A stretch of DNA of 64,000 bases from an uncultured Chloroflexia bacterium (GTDB taxonomy: Bacteria > Chloroflexota > Limnocylindria > Limnocylindrales > CSP1-4), in assembly GCA_963716025.1 (NCBI GenBank), contig CAVQSY010000041.1, positions 6,985 to 70,984 of the forward strand, given 5' to 3'. A model generated the notes under the pieces. That model made no database searches. It was not told where the DNA came from and saw nothing but the letters and a program-made list of their open reading frames with translations. Shown here piece after piece: positions 37,967-48,488 of this stretch. A program made the translations under genes and the position numbers. Each line of letters starts with the position of its first letter. Within the stretch, counting starts at the first letter, position 1.

Positions 37967-39769
37967 TGGGGCGACGTGCTTCTCTCCGGTGGGGTCGATA
38001 GCTCGGGCTCCGACTGGCCGGAGCGCACGGACAAGGATGCCGGAACGGGATTCACGCGGGAGTCGTCAACCGGTGAAGAATCGTCCACGTTCCGTCCCCG
38101 GATCTCGGCTGTGGCGAGCACGCGGCGTTCAGGTTCGCCGTCTCGTTGCCCAGCCGGCGACTCACGCACGGCCGGCTCCACCCCGGTCACCCCCCTCGGG
38201 TCCCGGGGCAGCGTGACCACGAACCGGGAGCCGTCTCCCACGCGGCTCTCGACCGCGATGGTGCCGTGATGCAGGTCCACGATGGACTTGGCGATGGCCA
38301 GCCCGAGGCCCGAGCCGGCGCTCCGCGCCTCGTTGTTGGCCGATCCCCGGTAGAAGCGGTCGAAGATGTGCGGCAGCTCGGCGGTGGGGATGCCGACGCC
38401 CGTGTCAGTCACCTCGATGCGGGCGCCAGCGTCAGGTTCGGCTCGCGCCGTGACGCGCACCTCGCCTCCGCGCTCGGTGAACTTGACCGCATTCGCCACG
38501 AGGTTGCTGACCACCTGGCCGACCCGCGGGGAGTCGTGGCGGATCCGCAGCGGACCATCCGGCAGCGCGACCTCCAGGCCGATGCCCTTCCGCTCCGCCG
38601 CCGCGAGCTGCTGCTCGACGGCTGATTTCGATCGTCCCCCGGAGATCGTCGGGGCGCAGGTCGAGGAGGGCCAGTCCGGAGTCCAGCCGGGACAGCTCGA
38701 GCAGGTTCTGGGCGAGCCAGTCCAGGCGGTCGAGCTGGGTTGCCGACGAGGCAAGGAACTCGGCCCGCGCTGCGGGATCAACGCCGGCCGACCCCTGGAG
38801 CAGCTCCACGAACGTCCGCATGGCGGCGATCGGCGTGCGAAGCTCGTGGCTGACATCGGCGAGGAAGTCCCGGCTCCGGTCACGGTCACGACGGATGATG
38901 CCGACGCTCTCCTCGAGCCGGTCGGCCATCTGGTTGAACTGGGTCGACAGCGCTCGCAGCTCCAGCGTCCCCGACGAGAGCTCGTCGGTGGCCACCCGGG
39001 ATGCCAGGTCGCCGTCCGCCAGTCGCCGCGACGCGTCGGTCAGGCGCGTGATGGGGACGGTGAACCGGTGGGCGAGGAAGGCGGCGACCAGCACGGCGAT
39101 CAGGAACGCTGCCGACGCCATCACCAGCAGCAGCCCATTGATCGCTGCGATCGTCGTGGCGCGGCTCGTGAACGGCTCGCTCAGCGTCGCCTCGATCCCC
39201 CAGTCACGCTGCGCGTTGGCTCGTCCCGCCGACGCCGTGGCCGGGCGGATCGCGGCGTCCGGGTGCTGGCCGCGCTCGGGATCCACGCGCGTGTCGGCGT
39301 GAAACGACAGCGACGGGTCCGGCTCCGGGACCAGCGTCCCGTCCGTCTCCTGCCGGGCAGGCCCGAACGAGATCTCCACCCTCGCCAGCGCGATCTCGTC
39401 GGCGACCGTCTGCAGCAGCCCCGCATCACGCAGCAGCACGCCGACGGCCGGGTTGAGCAGGACCTCGCCGGTCCCCGGGTCCACCCACACGACCGCCTGG
39501 TCATCGCCGACGGCCCGGGCGATGAACAGCACCAGGATCTCGGCGGTCGCGTCGGCACGCTCCTGGAGTCGCGTCTCCTCCTGCTGGCGGAAGAACTCGT
39601 CGAGCTTGAGCACGAGGACCGGCGCCACGAGCGTGAGGGTGAGGGCCACCACGGCCATGAACGCGAACGTGAGCCGGGTCTGGAACGACTGGGGCACCGG
39701 GCCGCGCCGCCGCCCATCCCCGGTGCGGTGAGGCGGCGGGACCGCGTCCACGCCGCGGCCGAGGGTCAC
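37963..39769 (-). pseudogene. sensor histidine kinase (MprB-like), reading frame interrupted between HisKA and HATPase_c
   Basis: N-terminal ORF 38432..39769 has the TM, HAMP and HisKA regions (FLADVSHELRTPIAAMRTFVELL). C-terminal ORF 37963..38889 has HATPase_c (LVANAVKFTERGGEVRVTA...EVTDTGVGIP...GSGLGLAIAKSIV). The two frames switch at about 38618-38632: ...DLRGTIEIS in one frame, VEQQLAAAERKG in the other. This is a single-nucleotide indel or sequencing error. Confidence 0.6.
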
Positions 39770-39770
39770 C

Positions 39771-40469
39771 TCAGCGCTCGGCGAACTGGTACCCGGCGCC
39801 CCGGACCGTCAGGACGAACTGGGGCAGGGAGGGATCGTCCTCGATCTTGTCGCGCAGGTGGCTCACGTGGACGTTGATCGTCTTCTCGTCCTGGTCGAGC
39901 GCCTCGTAGTCCCGGAGCAGCTCCAGGAGCTCGCGACGCGAGAACACGCGACCCGGCCGGCTCGCCAGGTGGCGCAGGATCTCGAACTCGGTGGCCGTGA
40001 GGGCGATCCGTCGGTTGCCGCGCTGGACACGCCGCCGCTCGAGGTCGATGACGAGGTCTCCGTGCCGCATGACCCGGCCGCCGGCGGCGTTGGCGAGATC
40101 GCCGTACGCTCGTCGGAGCAGCGCCCGGATCCGGCTCATCAGCTCCCGGAGGGCGAAGGGCTTCGTCACGTAGTCGTCCGCGCCCAGCTCCAGCCCCACG
40201 ACCTTGTCGAACTCGTCGCCGCGGGCCGTGAGGAACAGGACCGGCGCCTTCGAGCCAACGGCGCGAAGACGGCGCAGGACCTCGAAGCCGTCGATCCCGG
40301 GCAGCCGCACGTCGAGCAGGATGAGGTCCGGGGCCTGCGTCGTGGCGAAGTCCAGCCCCTCCTCACCCGAGCGCGCAATGGTGACCTCGTACCCCTCCTG
40401 CTGGAGGGCGTACTGGATGCCGCGTGCGACGGCGAACTCGTCTTCGACGATCAGGATGGTGGCTGCCAC
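39771..40469 (-). CDS. OmpR-family response regulator (MprA-like)
   Basis: Receiver domain (LIVEDE...LDVRLPGIDG...KPF) plus winged-helix C-terminus; sits immediately upstream of the kinase. Confidence 0.85.
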   Translation of the reverse strand: MAATILIVEDEFAVARGIQYALQQEGYEVTIARSGEEGLDFATTQAPDLILLDVRLPGIDGFEVLRRLRAVGSKAPVLFLTARGDEFDKVVGLELGADDYVTKPFALRELMSRIRALLRRAYGDLANAAGGRVMRHGDLVIDLERRRVQRGNRRIALTATEFEILRHLASRPGRVFSRRELLELLRDYEALDQDEKTINVHVSHLRDKIEDDPSLPQFVLTVRGAGYQFAER

Positions 40470-40620
40470 GACCTCGCGATCCTACACCGGAGGACGGGGA
40501 GGGGCCGTCATGGTAGCCTCCCCGCTGACGCAAGCGCGGGCCGGAGGCCTGCGATGACGCGGTCCCGCCCCGCGGTGTGCGAGGGCGCGCGGGCCGCCAC
40601 CAGGACGAGGACCACCAGAC

Positions 40621-41283
40621 ATGCCCAATCGACCCAGCCTCGCGGCCGCGAGCCGCACCGTGACCGGCAAGAAGGTTGCCCGGCTCCGGAGCGATGGGCT
40701 CCTGCCGGCCATCGTCTACGGCCATGGCACCGCCAGCGAGCCGGTGACGGTCGATGCGCACGAGTTCGACCTCCTCCGCCGTCGCGTCGGCGCCTCCACG
40801 CTCGTGGACCTCGCCGTGGACGGAAAGAAGTCGCGCCCGGTGATCGTCCACGGGATCCAGGTGCACCCGATCAGCCGCAAGCCGATCCACATCGACCTGT
40901 TCGCTGTCCGGATGACCGAGGAGCTGACCGTCGAGGTCCAGCTCATCGGCAGCGGGATCGCGGCCGCGGCGGAGACCGGCGGCACCCTCGTGCACCCGGT
41001 CCAGAGCGTCAAGGTGCGTGCCCTACCGGACAACCTGCCCGAGACGCTCCACTACGATCTCTCGTCGCTGGTCGATTTCGACAGCACGATCACGGTCGGC
41101 GACCTGGTCGTCCCCGAGGGGGTCGCCATCCAGGCCGACCCCAGCGAGGTGATTGCCCGGGTGCTGCCGCCGCGCGTCGAGGTCGAGGAAGTCGAGGGCG
41201 TCGAGGGCGTCGAGGGCGAGGAAGGGGCCGAGGCGACCGCCGAGGCTGCCGAGACCGCGTCGGAGGGCGCCGAGGAGGGCTGA
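40621..41283 (+). CDS. rplY: 50S ribosomal protein L25 / general stress protein Ctc
   Basis: ...VTGKKVARLRSDGLLPAIVYGHG...HPISRKPIHIDLF... is the L25/Ctc family; acidic C-terminal tail. Confidence 0.85.
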   Translation: MPNRPSLAAASRTVTGKKVARLRSDGLLPAIVYGHGTASEPVTVDAHEFDLLRRRVGASTLVDLAVDGKKSRPVIVHGIQVHPISRKPIHIDLFAVRMTEELTVEVQLIGSGIAAAAETGGTLVHPVQSVKVRALPDNLPETLHYDLSSLVDFDSTITVGDLVVPEGVAIQADPSEVIARVLPPRVEVEEVEGVEGVEGEEGAEATAEAAETASEGAEEG

Positions 41284-41307
41284 CCTCCGCGCGACGGGTG
41301 AGCCAGC

Positions 41308-42135
41308 TCAGGCGCGCCCGCTGTGCCGCCCGGAAGCGATCACCACCGGCAGGCGCAGGCGAAGGCTGTCTGGCGGCAGCCCGCGCAGCCGCTCCAGCAG
41401 GTCCGCCTCGAGCGCGATCCGCGTGGTCGGATCGAGGGTCGCGAACAGGTCCTCGTCGTCGAAGCTCGCGAGGAATGCGAGATACGACTCGGGGGTATAC
41501 CGGTGATCGACCTCTGTCCGGGTCGCGGTGACGCCGGCGAACCCCGCCCGGCGCAGCCGGGCGGCCGCATCGCGCGGCGACCGTGGATCGTCATCGTGGC
41601 CGCCGCCACCCCCGGGCGGCTCCAACCCCGCCGCGACCAGCGCGTCGGCATAGACCTCGTCCGCTGGGAGTGAGCCCCCGGCAAGCCAGGTCGCGAACGC
41701 CAGCATCGAGCCTCGCCGCAGGGCACGCCGGCCCTCGCGGAGGACCCGGTGTGCGCTCGGGACCAGCTGGAGCACGAAGCTCGAGACCACGACATCAAAC
41801 GACGCGTCCTCGAATGGCAGCCGGTCCGCCGGCGCCTGGACGAGGTCGATCCGCGCGCGGGCCGCGGGTGGCAGGGCACCGAGCTCACGGTCCGCCACCG
41901 CGAGCATGCCCGCCGAGACATCGACCCCGGTGACGTGGGCGGACGGCCACCGGCTCGCGGCCGCGGCAGCGAACGCGCCCGTCCCGCAGCCCAGGTCCAG
42001 GATCCGGGTCGCGCCTGCTTCGAGGTCCGGGGCGATGACGTCGAGCATGGCCAGCGTGGCCGGCCGGTGGACGGGGGACCACCATCGGGCGTACCCCTCC
42101 GCGATCCGGTCGTAGCGCGCCTCCTGGTCCGGCAT
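41308..42135 (-). CDS. class I SAM-dependent methyltransferase
   Basis: Start at MPDQEARYDRIAEGYARWW... (ATG 42133-42135), with ILDLGCGTG motif I. The upstream extension of ORF 41308..42705 was rejected. Confidence 0.65.
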   Translation of the reverse strand: MPDQEARYDRIAEGYARWWSPVHRPATLAMLDVIAPDLEAGATRILDLGCGTGAFAAAAASRWPSAHVTGVDVSAGMLAVADRELGALPPAARARIDLVQAPADRLPFEDASFDVVVSSFVLQLVPSAHRVLREGRRALRRGSMLAFATWLAGGSLPADEVYADALVAAGLEPPGGGGGHDDDPRSPRDAAARLRRAGFAGVTATRTEVDHRYTPESYLAFLASFDDEDLFATLDPTTRIALEADLLERLRGLPPDSLRLRLPVVIASGRHSGRA

Positions 42136-42300
42136 CTCCCAATCGTGCCATGCCGGAATCGTGCCCTTCGGCCCGCGCCCGCAGTCCGCGGGCCGCTGTC
42201 GCACGTGAGCGGCTTGGGGGATGCTTCCATGCTGGAAGAGATCGTGAGCCCGTGCCAGCTGGTCGGAGTACCGGCGCCGGGGCTCGCAAGGAGCTCGAGC

Positions 42301-42702
42301 ATGAAGAAGATCCTGCTTGCCTACGACGGCGGAGAGCCGGCCAAGCGCGCGCTTGAGCGGACGATCGAGCTGGCCAAGGGGTTCGGAGCCGAGGTTGGCG
42401 TCGTGAGCGTCGTCCCGAGCCGCCCGGGTCGGGCGCCCGTCGATCCGTGGGATGACCGGACCGTCCACGCGGAGGAGCTGCTTGAGGCGCGCAGGCTGCT
42501 GCGCGAGGCCGGCATCGAGGCCGACCTCCTGGAGCCCGGTGGGGACGTGCCCGCGACCATCGAGCGGATCGCCGACGAGCGCGGCTACGACACCATCGTC
42601 GTGGGAAGCCGCGGCCTGAGCAGCCTTGCAAAGGTGCTCCAGGGCAGCGTCTCGGAGCACGTCGCGACACACGCCCACGCCACCGTCGTCGTTGCCCGCT
42701 GA
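42301..42702 (+). CDS. universal stress protein (UspA family)
   Basis: MKKILLAYDGGEPAKRALERTIELAKG...DTIVVGSRGLSSLAKVLQGSVSEHV... AAGGAG 6 nt upstream of the ATG. Confidence 0.75.
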   Translation: MKKILLAYDGGEPAKRALERTIELAKGFGAEVGVVSVVPSRPGRAPVDPWDDRTVHAEELLEARRLLREAGIEADLLEPGGDVPATIERIADERGYDTIVVGSRGLSSLAKVLQGSVSEHVATHAHATVVVAR

Positions 42703-42703
42703 C

Positions 42704-44455
42704 ATGCTGACCGCCCCCGCAACTCCCCGCGGTCACGCCCACCGGCTGTCGCGGCTGGTGCTCGATGCCCTCCGGACCGGGGTTGGTCCGGCTCCGGTCA
42801 CGCTCCGGGGCATGGCGCTCCTCGCCGACCCGGTGCTCAACAAGGACGCGGCCTTCACCGACGAGGAACGCGAGGGCCTCGGGATCCGCGGCCTGCTGCC
42901 GCCCCGCGTCGTCGACATGGATCACCAGGTGTCCCTGGAGCTCGAACACGTGCGCCGGAAGGCGGATGACCTCGAGCGCTACATCGGCCTGGCTGCGCTG
43001 CAGGACCGCAACGAGACCCTGTTCCACCGCGTGCTGCTCGAGCACCTCGAGGAGCTGCTGCCGATCGTCTACACCCCGACAGTCGGGCTGGCCTGCCAGG
43101 GCTTCAGCCACCTGTGGCGGCGGCCGCGCGGTGTCTGGATCACGCCCGACGACGTGGACCGGGTCCCGGAGCTCCTGCGCAACGCGGCCCGCGACGAGAT
43201 CCGGCTGATCGTGGTGACCGACAACGAGCGGATTCTCGGGCTCGGTGACCAGGGAGCCGGCGGCATGCCGATCCCGGTCGGCAAGCTCGCGCTCTACTCC
43301 GCCGCTGCAGGGATCCACCCGGGCATGACACTCCCGGTCTCGCTCGACGTGGGGACGGACCGATCCGAGCTCCTCGCGGACCCGCTGTACGTCGGCTGGC
43401 GCCATCCTCGCCTCCGCGGCGAGGCCTACGACGAGGTCGTGGAGGCCTTCGTCGCCGGCGTCCGCGAGGTGCTGCCGCGTGCCGTTCTCCAGTGGGAGGA
43501 CTTCAAGCAGCACAATGCCATCCGCCTGCTGGACCGGTATCGCCAGTGGGTCTGCTCGTTCAATGACGACATCCAGGGCACGGCGTCGATCGCGGTGGCA
43601 GGCATTCTCGCCGCGCTCCGTTCGACCGGCCGGACCCTCGAGGGCACCCGCTACGTGCTGGCGGGCGCGGGTGCAGCAGGGACCGGCATTGCCCGGCTGC
43701 TGCGCGTCGCGATGGCGGAGGCCGGGATCCCACCCGGGGAGGTGCGCGCGTCGATCGCGATGCTCGACTCCCAGGGCCTGGTCGTCGAGGGCCGCCCCGG
43801 CCTCGACGACGACAAGGCGGATGCGGCGTTGCCGCGCTCCGTCGCGGCGTCGTTGGGACTCGATCCGGACGCGCCCCACCACCTGCGCGAGGTCGTGGCT
43901 GCCGTCAAGCCGGACGTGCTGCTCGGGACGACCGGCATCGGTGGGGCCTTCGGCGAGGAGACCATTCGCGAGATGGCCGCCCACTGCGAGCGCCCGATCA
44001 TCCTGCCGCTCTCGAACCCCACCGCCAATACCGAGGCCCGGCCGGCCGACGTCCTCGCGTGGACGGACGGCAGGGCGATCGTGGCCACCGGCAGCCCGTT
44101 TGCGCCGGTGGAGATCGGTGGCCGGATCCGCCGGATCCCGCAGGCCAACAACGCCTACGTGTTCCCCGGGCTGGGCCTCGGCGCAATCGTGTCCGAGGCC
44201 CGGATCATGCCGGACTCGGTGTTCCTGGTGGCGGCCCGGCGGCTTGCGGACCTGACGGAGCCCGGAGCGCTGGCCACGGGTGCGCTGTTCCCGCCCATCG
44301 GTGACCTGCGGATGGTCGCCCGCGAGATCGCCGTCGCCGTCGTGGGACACCTCGGCGAGCTCGGGGTGGGTCGTCGCTTCCCGCCGAACGCGATCGAAGG
44401 CGCGGTGGATGCGGCGATGTGGCGGCCGGCCTACGTGCGGTACGAGGCGGTCTGA
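42704..44455 (+). CDS. NAD(P)-dependent malic enzyme
   Basis: Malic-enzyme N-terminal and NAD-binding domains (...FNDDIQGTASIAVAGILAAL...GAGAAGTGIA...). The ATG lies 1 nt after the usp stop. Confidence 0.85.
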   Translation: MLTAPATPRGHAHRLSRLVLDALRTGVGPAPVTLRGMALLADPVLNKDAAFTDEEREGLGIRGLLPPRVVDMDHQVSLELEHVRRKADDLERYIGLAALQDRNETLFHRVLLEHLEELLPIVYTPTVGLACQGFSHLWRRPRGVWITPDDVDRVPELLRNAARDEIRLIVVTDNERILGLGDQGAGGMPIPVGKLALYSAAAGIHPGMTLPVSLDVGTDRSELLADPLYVGWRHPRLRGEAYDEVVEAFVAGVREVLPRAVLQWEDFKQHNAIRLLDRYRQWVCSFNDDIQGTASIAVAGILAALRSTGRTLEGTRYVLAGAGAAGTGIARLLRVAMAEAGIPPGEVRASIAMLDSQGLVVEGRPGLDDDKADAALPRSVAASLGLDPDAPHHLREVVAAVKPDVLLGTTGIGGAFGEETIREMAAHCERPIILPLSNPTANTEARPADVLAWTDGRAIVATGSPFAPVEIGGRIRRIPQANNAYVFPGLGLGAIVSEARIMPDSVFLVAARRLADLTEPGALATGALFPPIGDLRMVAREIAVAVVGHLGELGVGRRFPPNAIEGAVDAAMWRPAYVRYEAV

Positions 44456-44572
44456 GGCAGGTCGACCCCCGCGGACGGACGAACCTCCTCCAGGGCCGTT
44501 CGCCACACCCGGGCCGGCCCGCCCGTCTCGAACGCGGCCGGCGTCATCGAACGGCCCGCGCTGGAGACCCGC

Positions 44573-46204
44573 ATGCCATCGCCTGCCCGCCGGATCGTGC
44601 TGTTTGCGCTTGCCGGGGGCGTCCTGGTCGACGTCCTCGTCCCCGGCAACGCGGCCGGAGTCAATGCGCCGCTCGTGGTGGGCGCCTTCCTGGGCACGGC
44701 GCTGGTCACCGCCGGCCGCGGCGGGCTGGCGCGCATGGATCCCGCCGATGCCTGGCTTGGGCCGGCCGCCCTGGTCCTCGCGTCGCTGAGCGTCCTTCGC
44801 ACCGACGACTGGCTGGTCACGATCGATCTGCTGCTCGCGGCGGCGCTCGCGGCCGGCGCCGTCGGATGCCTCGCCGGTGGCCGGATCACCCGCGGCCTGG
44901 TGCCGCGTGTCCTGGGGCTGGCCATGGGGGTCGCGGCGGCGGTGGGGATCGGTGCGGTGGCCATGCTCGATGCCGCCCGGCCAACCAGCTGGGGGGCCGC
45001 TGATGCTGCACCGTCGGCCGTCCGGAGCCGGCTGCGACGCGTGGCACCGGTCGTGCGCGGCCTGGTCATCGCGATCCCCCTGGTCGCCGTGTTCATGGCC
45101 CTGTTCGCGTCGGCGGACGCGGTCTTCGCCCGGCTGGCTGCCGACGCGCTCTCGTGGCAGGTGGATCTCGATCTCGAGGATCTGCTCGGACGCGCCGTGG
45201 TCATCACGCTGGTCGCGTGGGGTGCCGCCGGGCTGCTGGGGCTCGGGGCGGGGCTGCTGCCGGCGCTCGCCGCGGCGCCCACCGTGGAGGCCGGCGTCGC
45301 AGCGGAACTGCCGCCCGGCAGCCCACCCGCACCGCCATCGGCCCGGGTAACCCCGGGGCCGGCATGGGCGGCCGCCGTGGCGACCGCCGAGCGTGCACCC
45401 GTGCGGCTGGGCCACGTGGAGGCCACGACGATCCTGCTCGTGGTTGACGCGCTGTTCCTGGTCTTCGTCGTCCTCCAGCTCGCCTGGCTGTTCGGGGGCC
45501 GCGACACCCTGGCGATGACTGGGTACACCTACGCGGAGTACGCCCGACGAGGCTTCTTCGACCTGGTGATCGTCGCGGTGCTGGCCGGGATCCTCGTGGT
45601 GACCCTGGACCTCGCGGTGGCTCGCCGGATCCGGCTCCAGCTGGCGAGCTCGGTGCTCCTGCTCGGGTTGACCGCGGTCGTCCTCGTCTCGGCCTTCCTC
45701 CGGCTGCGCCTCTATCAGGATGCGTACGGCTGGACCGAGCTCCGGTTCGTGGTCGTCGTGGCGATCCTGTGGCTTGGGGGCGCCCTCACGCTGACGGCCG
45801 GGCTGCTCGTCACGTTGCGGACCCGGTGGGTGCTGCACGGGCTCGGGATCGGGGTCCTGATCGCCGTTGTGGGCATGAACGTCGTGGGGCCGCAGGCGTT
45901 CGTGGCGCAGCGGAACCTGGAGCGGGCGATCGATCCGGCGCTCGTGCCGGTCGGCGGCCGGACCGGCCTCGACGCGGCCTACCTTTACGAGCTTGGCGAC
46001 GAGGCGGTCGTCCCGATCGTCGAGGCGTGGGACAGGCTGGGCACCGCCGAGCAGGAGTCGCTGCAGCCGGCGCTCTGGGAGCGCGCGGACCGGCTCGCCA
46101 GCGACCCCACGCTCCGCGGCTGGCCGGCGTGGAACCTCACCCGCGAACGGGCCCGCGAGGCCCTGCGAGCGTGGGAGGCGGCGACGGGCACCGCCTCCCG
46201 CTGA
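44573..46204 (+). CDS. DUF4173/DUF4153-like polytopic membrane protein
   Basis: 543-aa protein with more than 10 TM segments, highly hydrophobic throughout. Confidence 0.55.
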   Translation: MPSPARRIVLFALAGGVLVDVLVPGNAAGVNAPLVVGAFLGTALVTAGRGGLARMDPADAWLGPAALVLASLSVLRTDDWLVTIDLLLAAALAAGAVGCLAGGRITRGLVPRVLGLAMGVAAAVGIGAVAMLDAARPTSWGAADAAPSAVRSRLRRVAPVVRGLVIAIPLVAVFMALFASADAVFARLAADALSWQVDLDLEDLLGRAVVITLVAWGAAGLLGLGAGLLPALAAAPTVEAGVAAELPPGSPPAPPSARVTPGPAWAAAVATAERAPVRLGHVEATTILLVVDALFLVFVVLQLAWLFGGRDTLAMTGYTYAEYARRGFFDLVIVAVLAGILVVTLDLAVARRIRLQLASSVLLLGLTAVVLVSAFLRLRLYQDAYGWTELRFVVVVAILWLGGALTLTAGLLVTLRTRWVLHGLGIGVLIAVVGMNVVGPQAFVAQRNLERAIDPALVPVGGRTGLDAAYLYELGDEAVVPIVEAWDRLGTAEQESLQPALWERADRLASDPTLRGWPAWNLTRERAREALRAWEAATGTASR

Positions 46205-46222
46205 GTCGTGCGGACGGCCGGG

Positions 46223-47209
46223 TCAGTCCTCGCTGCCGCCCCAACCGGCGATCGGGCCGGCAGGTGCGGCCGGGCCGGCTGCCCGGATCCTGGGCGAGAG
46301 GCGCCGGTATGCCCAGCGCACCACGAGCACGATCGCGAGCAGGACGAGGATCACCGGGAGCCAGACGATCCCGAACCAGATCGCGCCGGACACGATGGCC
46401 TGGCCGGCCTGGATCAGCGTCGCCGTCGCGCCGTCGACGTCCTTGCTGGGGTCCCACGCCTGCGAAGTCTGCTGGACCTGCTCGATCTCGGTGCCGAACG
46501 TGGCGACCAGGGTCCCGTAGGCCACCTGGTCCTCGAGCTGCGCCCGCTGGGCGTCGATCCGCTCGATCTCGCCGCGGACCTCGGAGATCCGCGCCTGCAC
46601 CTCGAGCAGGTCCGTGATCTTGCCGGTGCCGGACGCGATCTCGACGAGCACCGCCTCGGAGGCCCGCAGGTTCCGAAGACGCGCCTCGAGGTCCACGATC
46701 TGGCTGCCCACCTCGGTCGCCCTGGTATCGCCCCCGACGACCTTGGTCGCAAGGTCACGGAGGGTGGCGACCGTCTCGTCCCAGCGCTGGGCCGGGATGC
46801 GGTAGGTGATGGTGGCTGCGGCGTACTGGTCGTCGTTGCGCTCCGAAGATGCGCCGATGTAGCCGCCGACCGCGAGCACCGCGGTCCGGGCCCTGGCGAG
46901 GGCCGCCTGGAGGTCATCGACCACGAGCTCGAGGGAGCCCGTGTAGACCACCTTGCGGTTCTCGGCGAGGGGGGCCGACAGGGGCGGTTCCTCGCCGCCC
47001 GGGAGCTGGCCGGTGCCGTCCTCGCCGTTTGCCGGCGCCTCGGCCGGGCCCGCGGATACCCCGGGAGCGGCGTACTCATTGCCACCGCCATCCCCGCCGC
47101 CCGCCGGCGCGGCGGTGGAGCCGGCGCCGCACGCGGCGACGAGCACCGCCAGGGCCACGATCGGGATCAGGATGCGGAGCGAGCCGCTCCGCCGCACGAG
47201 AGTCGTCAT
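46223..47209 (-). CDS. DUF4349-like lipoprotein (coiled-coil) with C-terminal TM anchor
   Basis: Start at MTTLVRRSGSLRILIPIVALAVLVAAC (lipobox). Central coiled-coil ...DLEARLRNLRASEAVL..., C-terminal TM. RBS GGGGAAG. Confidence 0.55.
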   Translation of the reverse strand: MTTLVRRSGSLRILIPIVALAVLVAACGAGSTAAPAGGGDGGGNEYAAPGVSAGPAEAPANGEDGTGQLPGGEEPPLSAPLAENRKVVYTGSLELVVDDLQAALARARTAVLAVGGYIGASSERNDDQYAAATITYRIPAQRWDETVATLRDLATKVVGGDTRATEVGSQIVDLEARLRNLRASEAVLVEIASGTGKITDLLEVQARISEVRGEIERIDAQRAQLEDQVAYGTLVATFGTEIEQVQQTSQAWDPSKDVDGATATLIQAGQAIVSGAIWFGIVWLPVILVLLAIVLVVRWAYRRLSPRIRAAGPAAPAGPIAGWGGSED

Positions 47210-47393
47210 CGTCTTCCCCACCTGCGGTTCATTCCGCACGCGATATCGCGCGTGCTCGGGGGGCCGCGTGCACTGGCGGCTCTGGGGGGACGCGGCCCGG
47301 GGGACAGCGGTTCCGGGACAGCGGCATCGTACGCCCGTGGCGAGAACCTGCCATCGGCCACCCGGCGGTGTCACGGCGCGGTATCGTGCCGCC

Positions 47394-48482
47394 ATGTCCC
47401 TGCCGTTCGAGCCCCCGATGGAACCCATGCTGGCCAAGGCGTCGGAGTCACTTCCCGAGGGCGGCGGCTGGCTGTTCGAGCCCAAGTGGGACGGCTTCCG
47501 CGCCCTCGTGTTCCGCGACGGCGATGAGGTCTACACGCAGAGCCGCGACCGCAAGCCGCTGGACCGCTACTTCCCGGAGCTCGGCGCGCCGCTGCGCGAG
47601 CAGCTTCCCGAGCGCTGCGTGCTCGACGGGGAGGTGGTGATCGCCCGCGATGGCACGCTCGACTTCGAGGCGCTCCTGCTGCGCATCCACCCGGCCGAGT
47701 CCCGGGTCCGGATGCTCGCCGCCGAGTCGCCCGCGAGCTTCGTGGCCTGGGATCTCCTCGCGCTCGGCGACGAGGATCTTCGCGGCGTGCCCCAGGGGGA
47801 GCGGCGGGCACGGCTCGTGGAGGTGCTCGCCGGGGTGCACCCGCCCATCCACGTCACGCCCGCGACCGAGGACCGGGCGCTTGCCGCCGACTGGTTCGAC
47901 CGGTTCGAGGGCGCTGGGCTGGACGGCGTGGTCGCGAAGCGCCTTGACGGCGTGTACCAGCCCGGCAAGCGATCGATGCTCAAGATCAAGCACGGCCGGA
48001 CCGCCGACTGCGTGGTCGCCGGGTTCCGATGGCACAAGAACGGCCCCGGGACGCACGTCGGGAGCCTCCTGCTCGGGCTGTTCGACGATGCCGGGAAGCT
48101 CCATCACGTGGGTGTCACGTCGTCGTTCACGTGGGACCGTCGCGCCGCGCTGCTCGGGGAGCTGGCGCCGCTCCGGGACGGCGCGCTCGACGGCCACCCG
48201 TGGGCCGAGTGGGCCGAGTGGGCGTCCGCGGGCACCGACGGGTCCGGGCAGCGGCTGCCGGGGGCGGGCTCCCGGTGGAACCGCGGCAAGGATCTCTCCT
48301 GGGAGCCGCTGCGCTGCGAGCGCGTGGCCGAGGTCGGGTACGACCATCTCCAGGGGGACCGGTTCCGCCACGCGACGACGTTCAAGCGCTGGCGCCCGGA
48401 CAAGGCACCCGAGGACTGCCGCTACGACCAGCTGGAGACGGCGGTTCCCTACGAGCTCGCCCGGATCTTCGGGTCCGGCTGA
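47394..48482 (+). CDS. ATP-dependent DNA ligase (LigC/LigD ligase-domain type)
   Basis: Nucleotidyltransferase motif I region ...LFEPKWDGFRALVFRDG... plus an OB-fold C-terminus. ATG at 47394. The upstream part of the track ORF was rejected. Confidence 0.8.
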   Translation: MSLPFEPPMEPMLAKASESLPEGGGWLFEPKWDGFRALVFRDGDEVYTQSRDRKPLDRYFPELGAPLREQLPERCVLDGEVVIARDGTLDFEALLLRIHPAESRVRMLAAESPASFVAWDLLALGDEDLRGVPQGERRARLVEVLAGVHPPIHVTPATEDRALAADWFDRFEGAGLDGVVAKRLDGVYQPGKRSMLKIKHGRTADCVVAGFRWHKNGPGTHVGSLLLGLFDDAGKLHHVGVTSSFTWDRRAALLGELAPLRDGALDGHPWAEWAEWASAGTDGSGQRLPGAGSRWNRGKDLSWEPLRCERVAEVGYDHLQGDRFRHATTFKRWRPDKAPEDCRYDQLETAVPYELARIFGSG

Positions 48483-48488
48483 CCGTCC

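Noticed and set aside
41885-45838. 1317-aa minus-strand ORF
   Set aside because: It overlaps well-supported + strand genes (usp, malic enzyme, DUF4173 membrane protein). The translation is Arg/Gly/Pro-rich low-complexity typical of off-frame ORFs in high-GC DNA.
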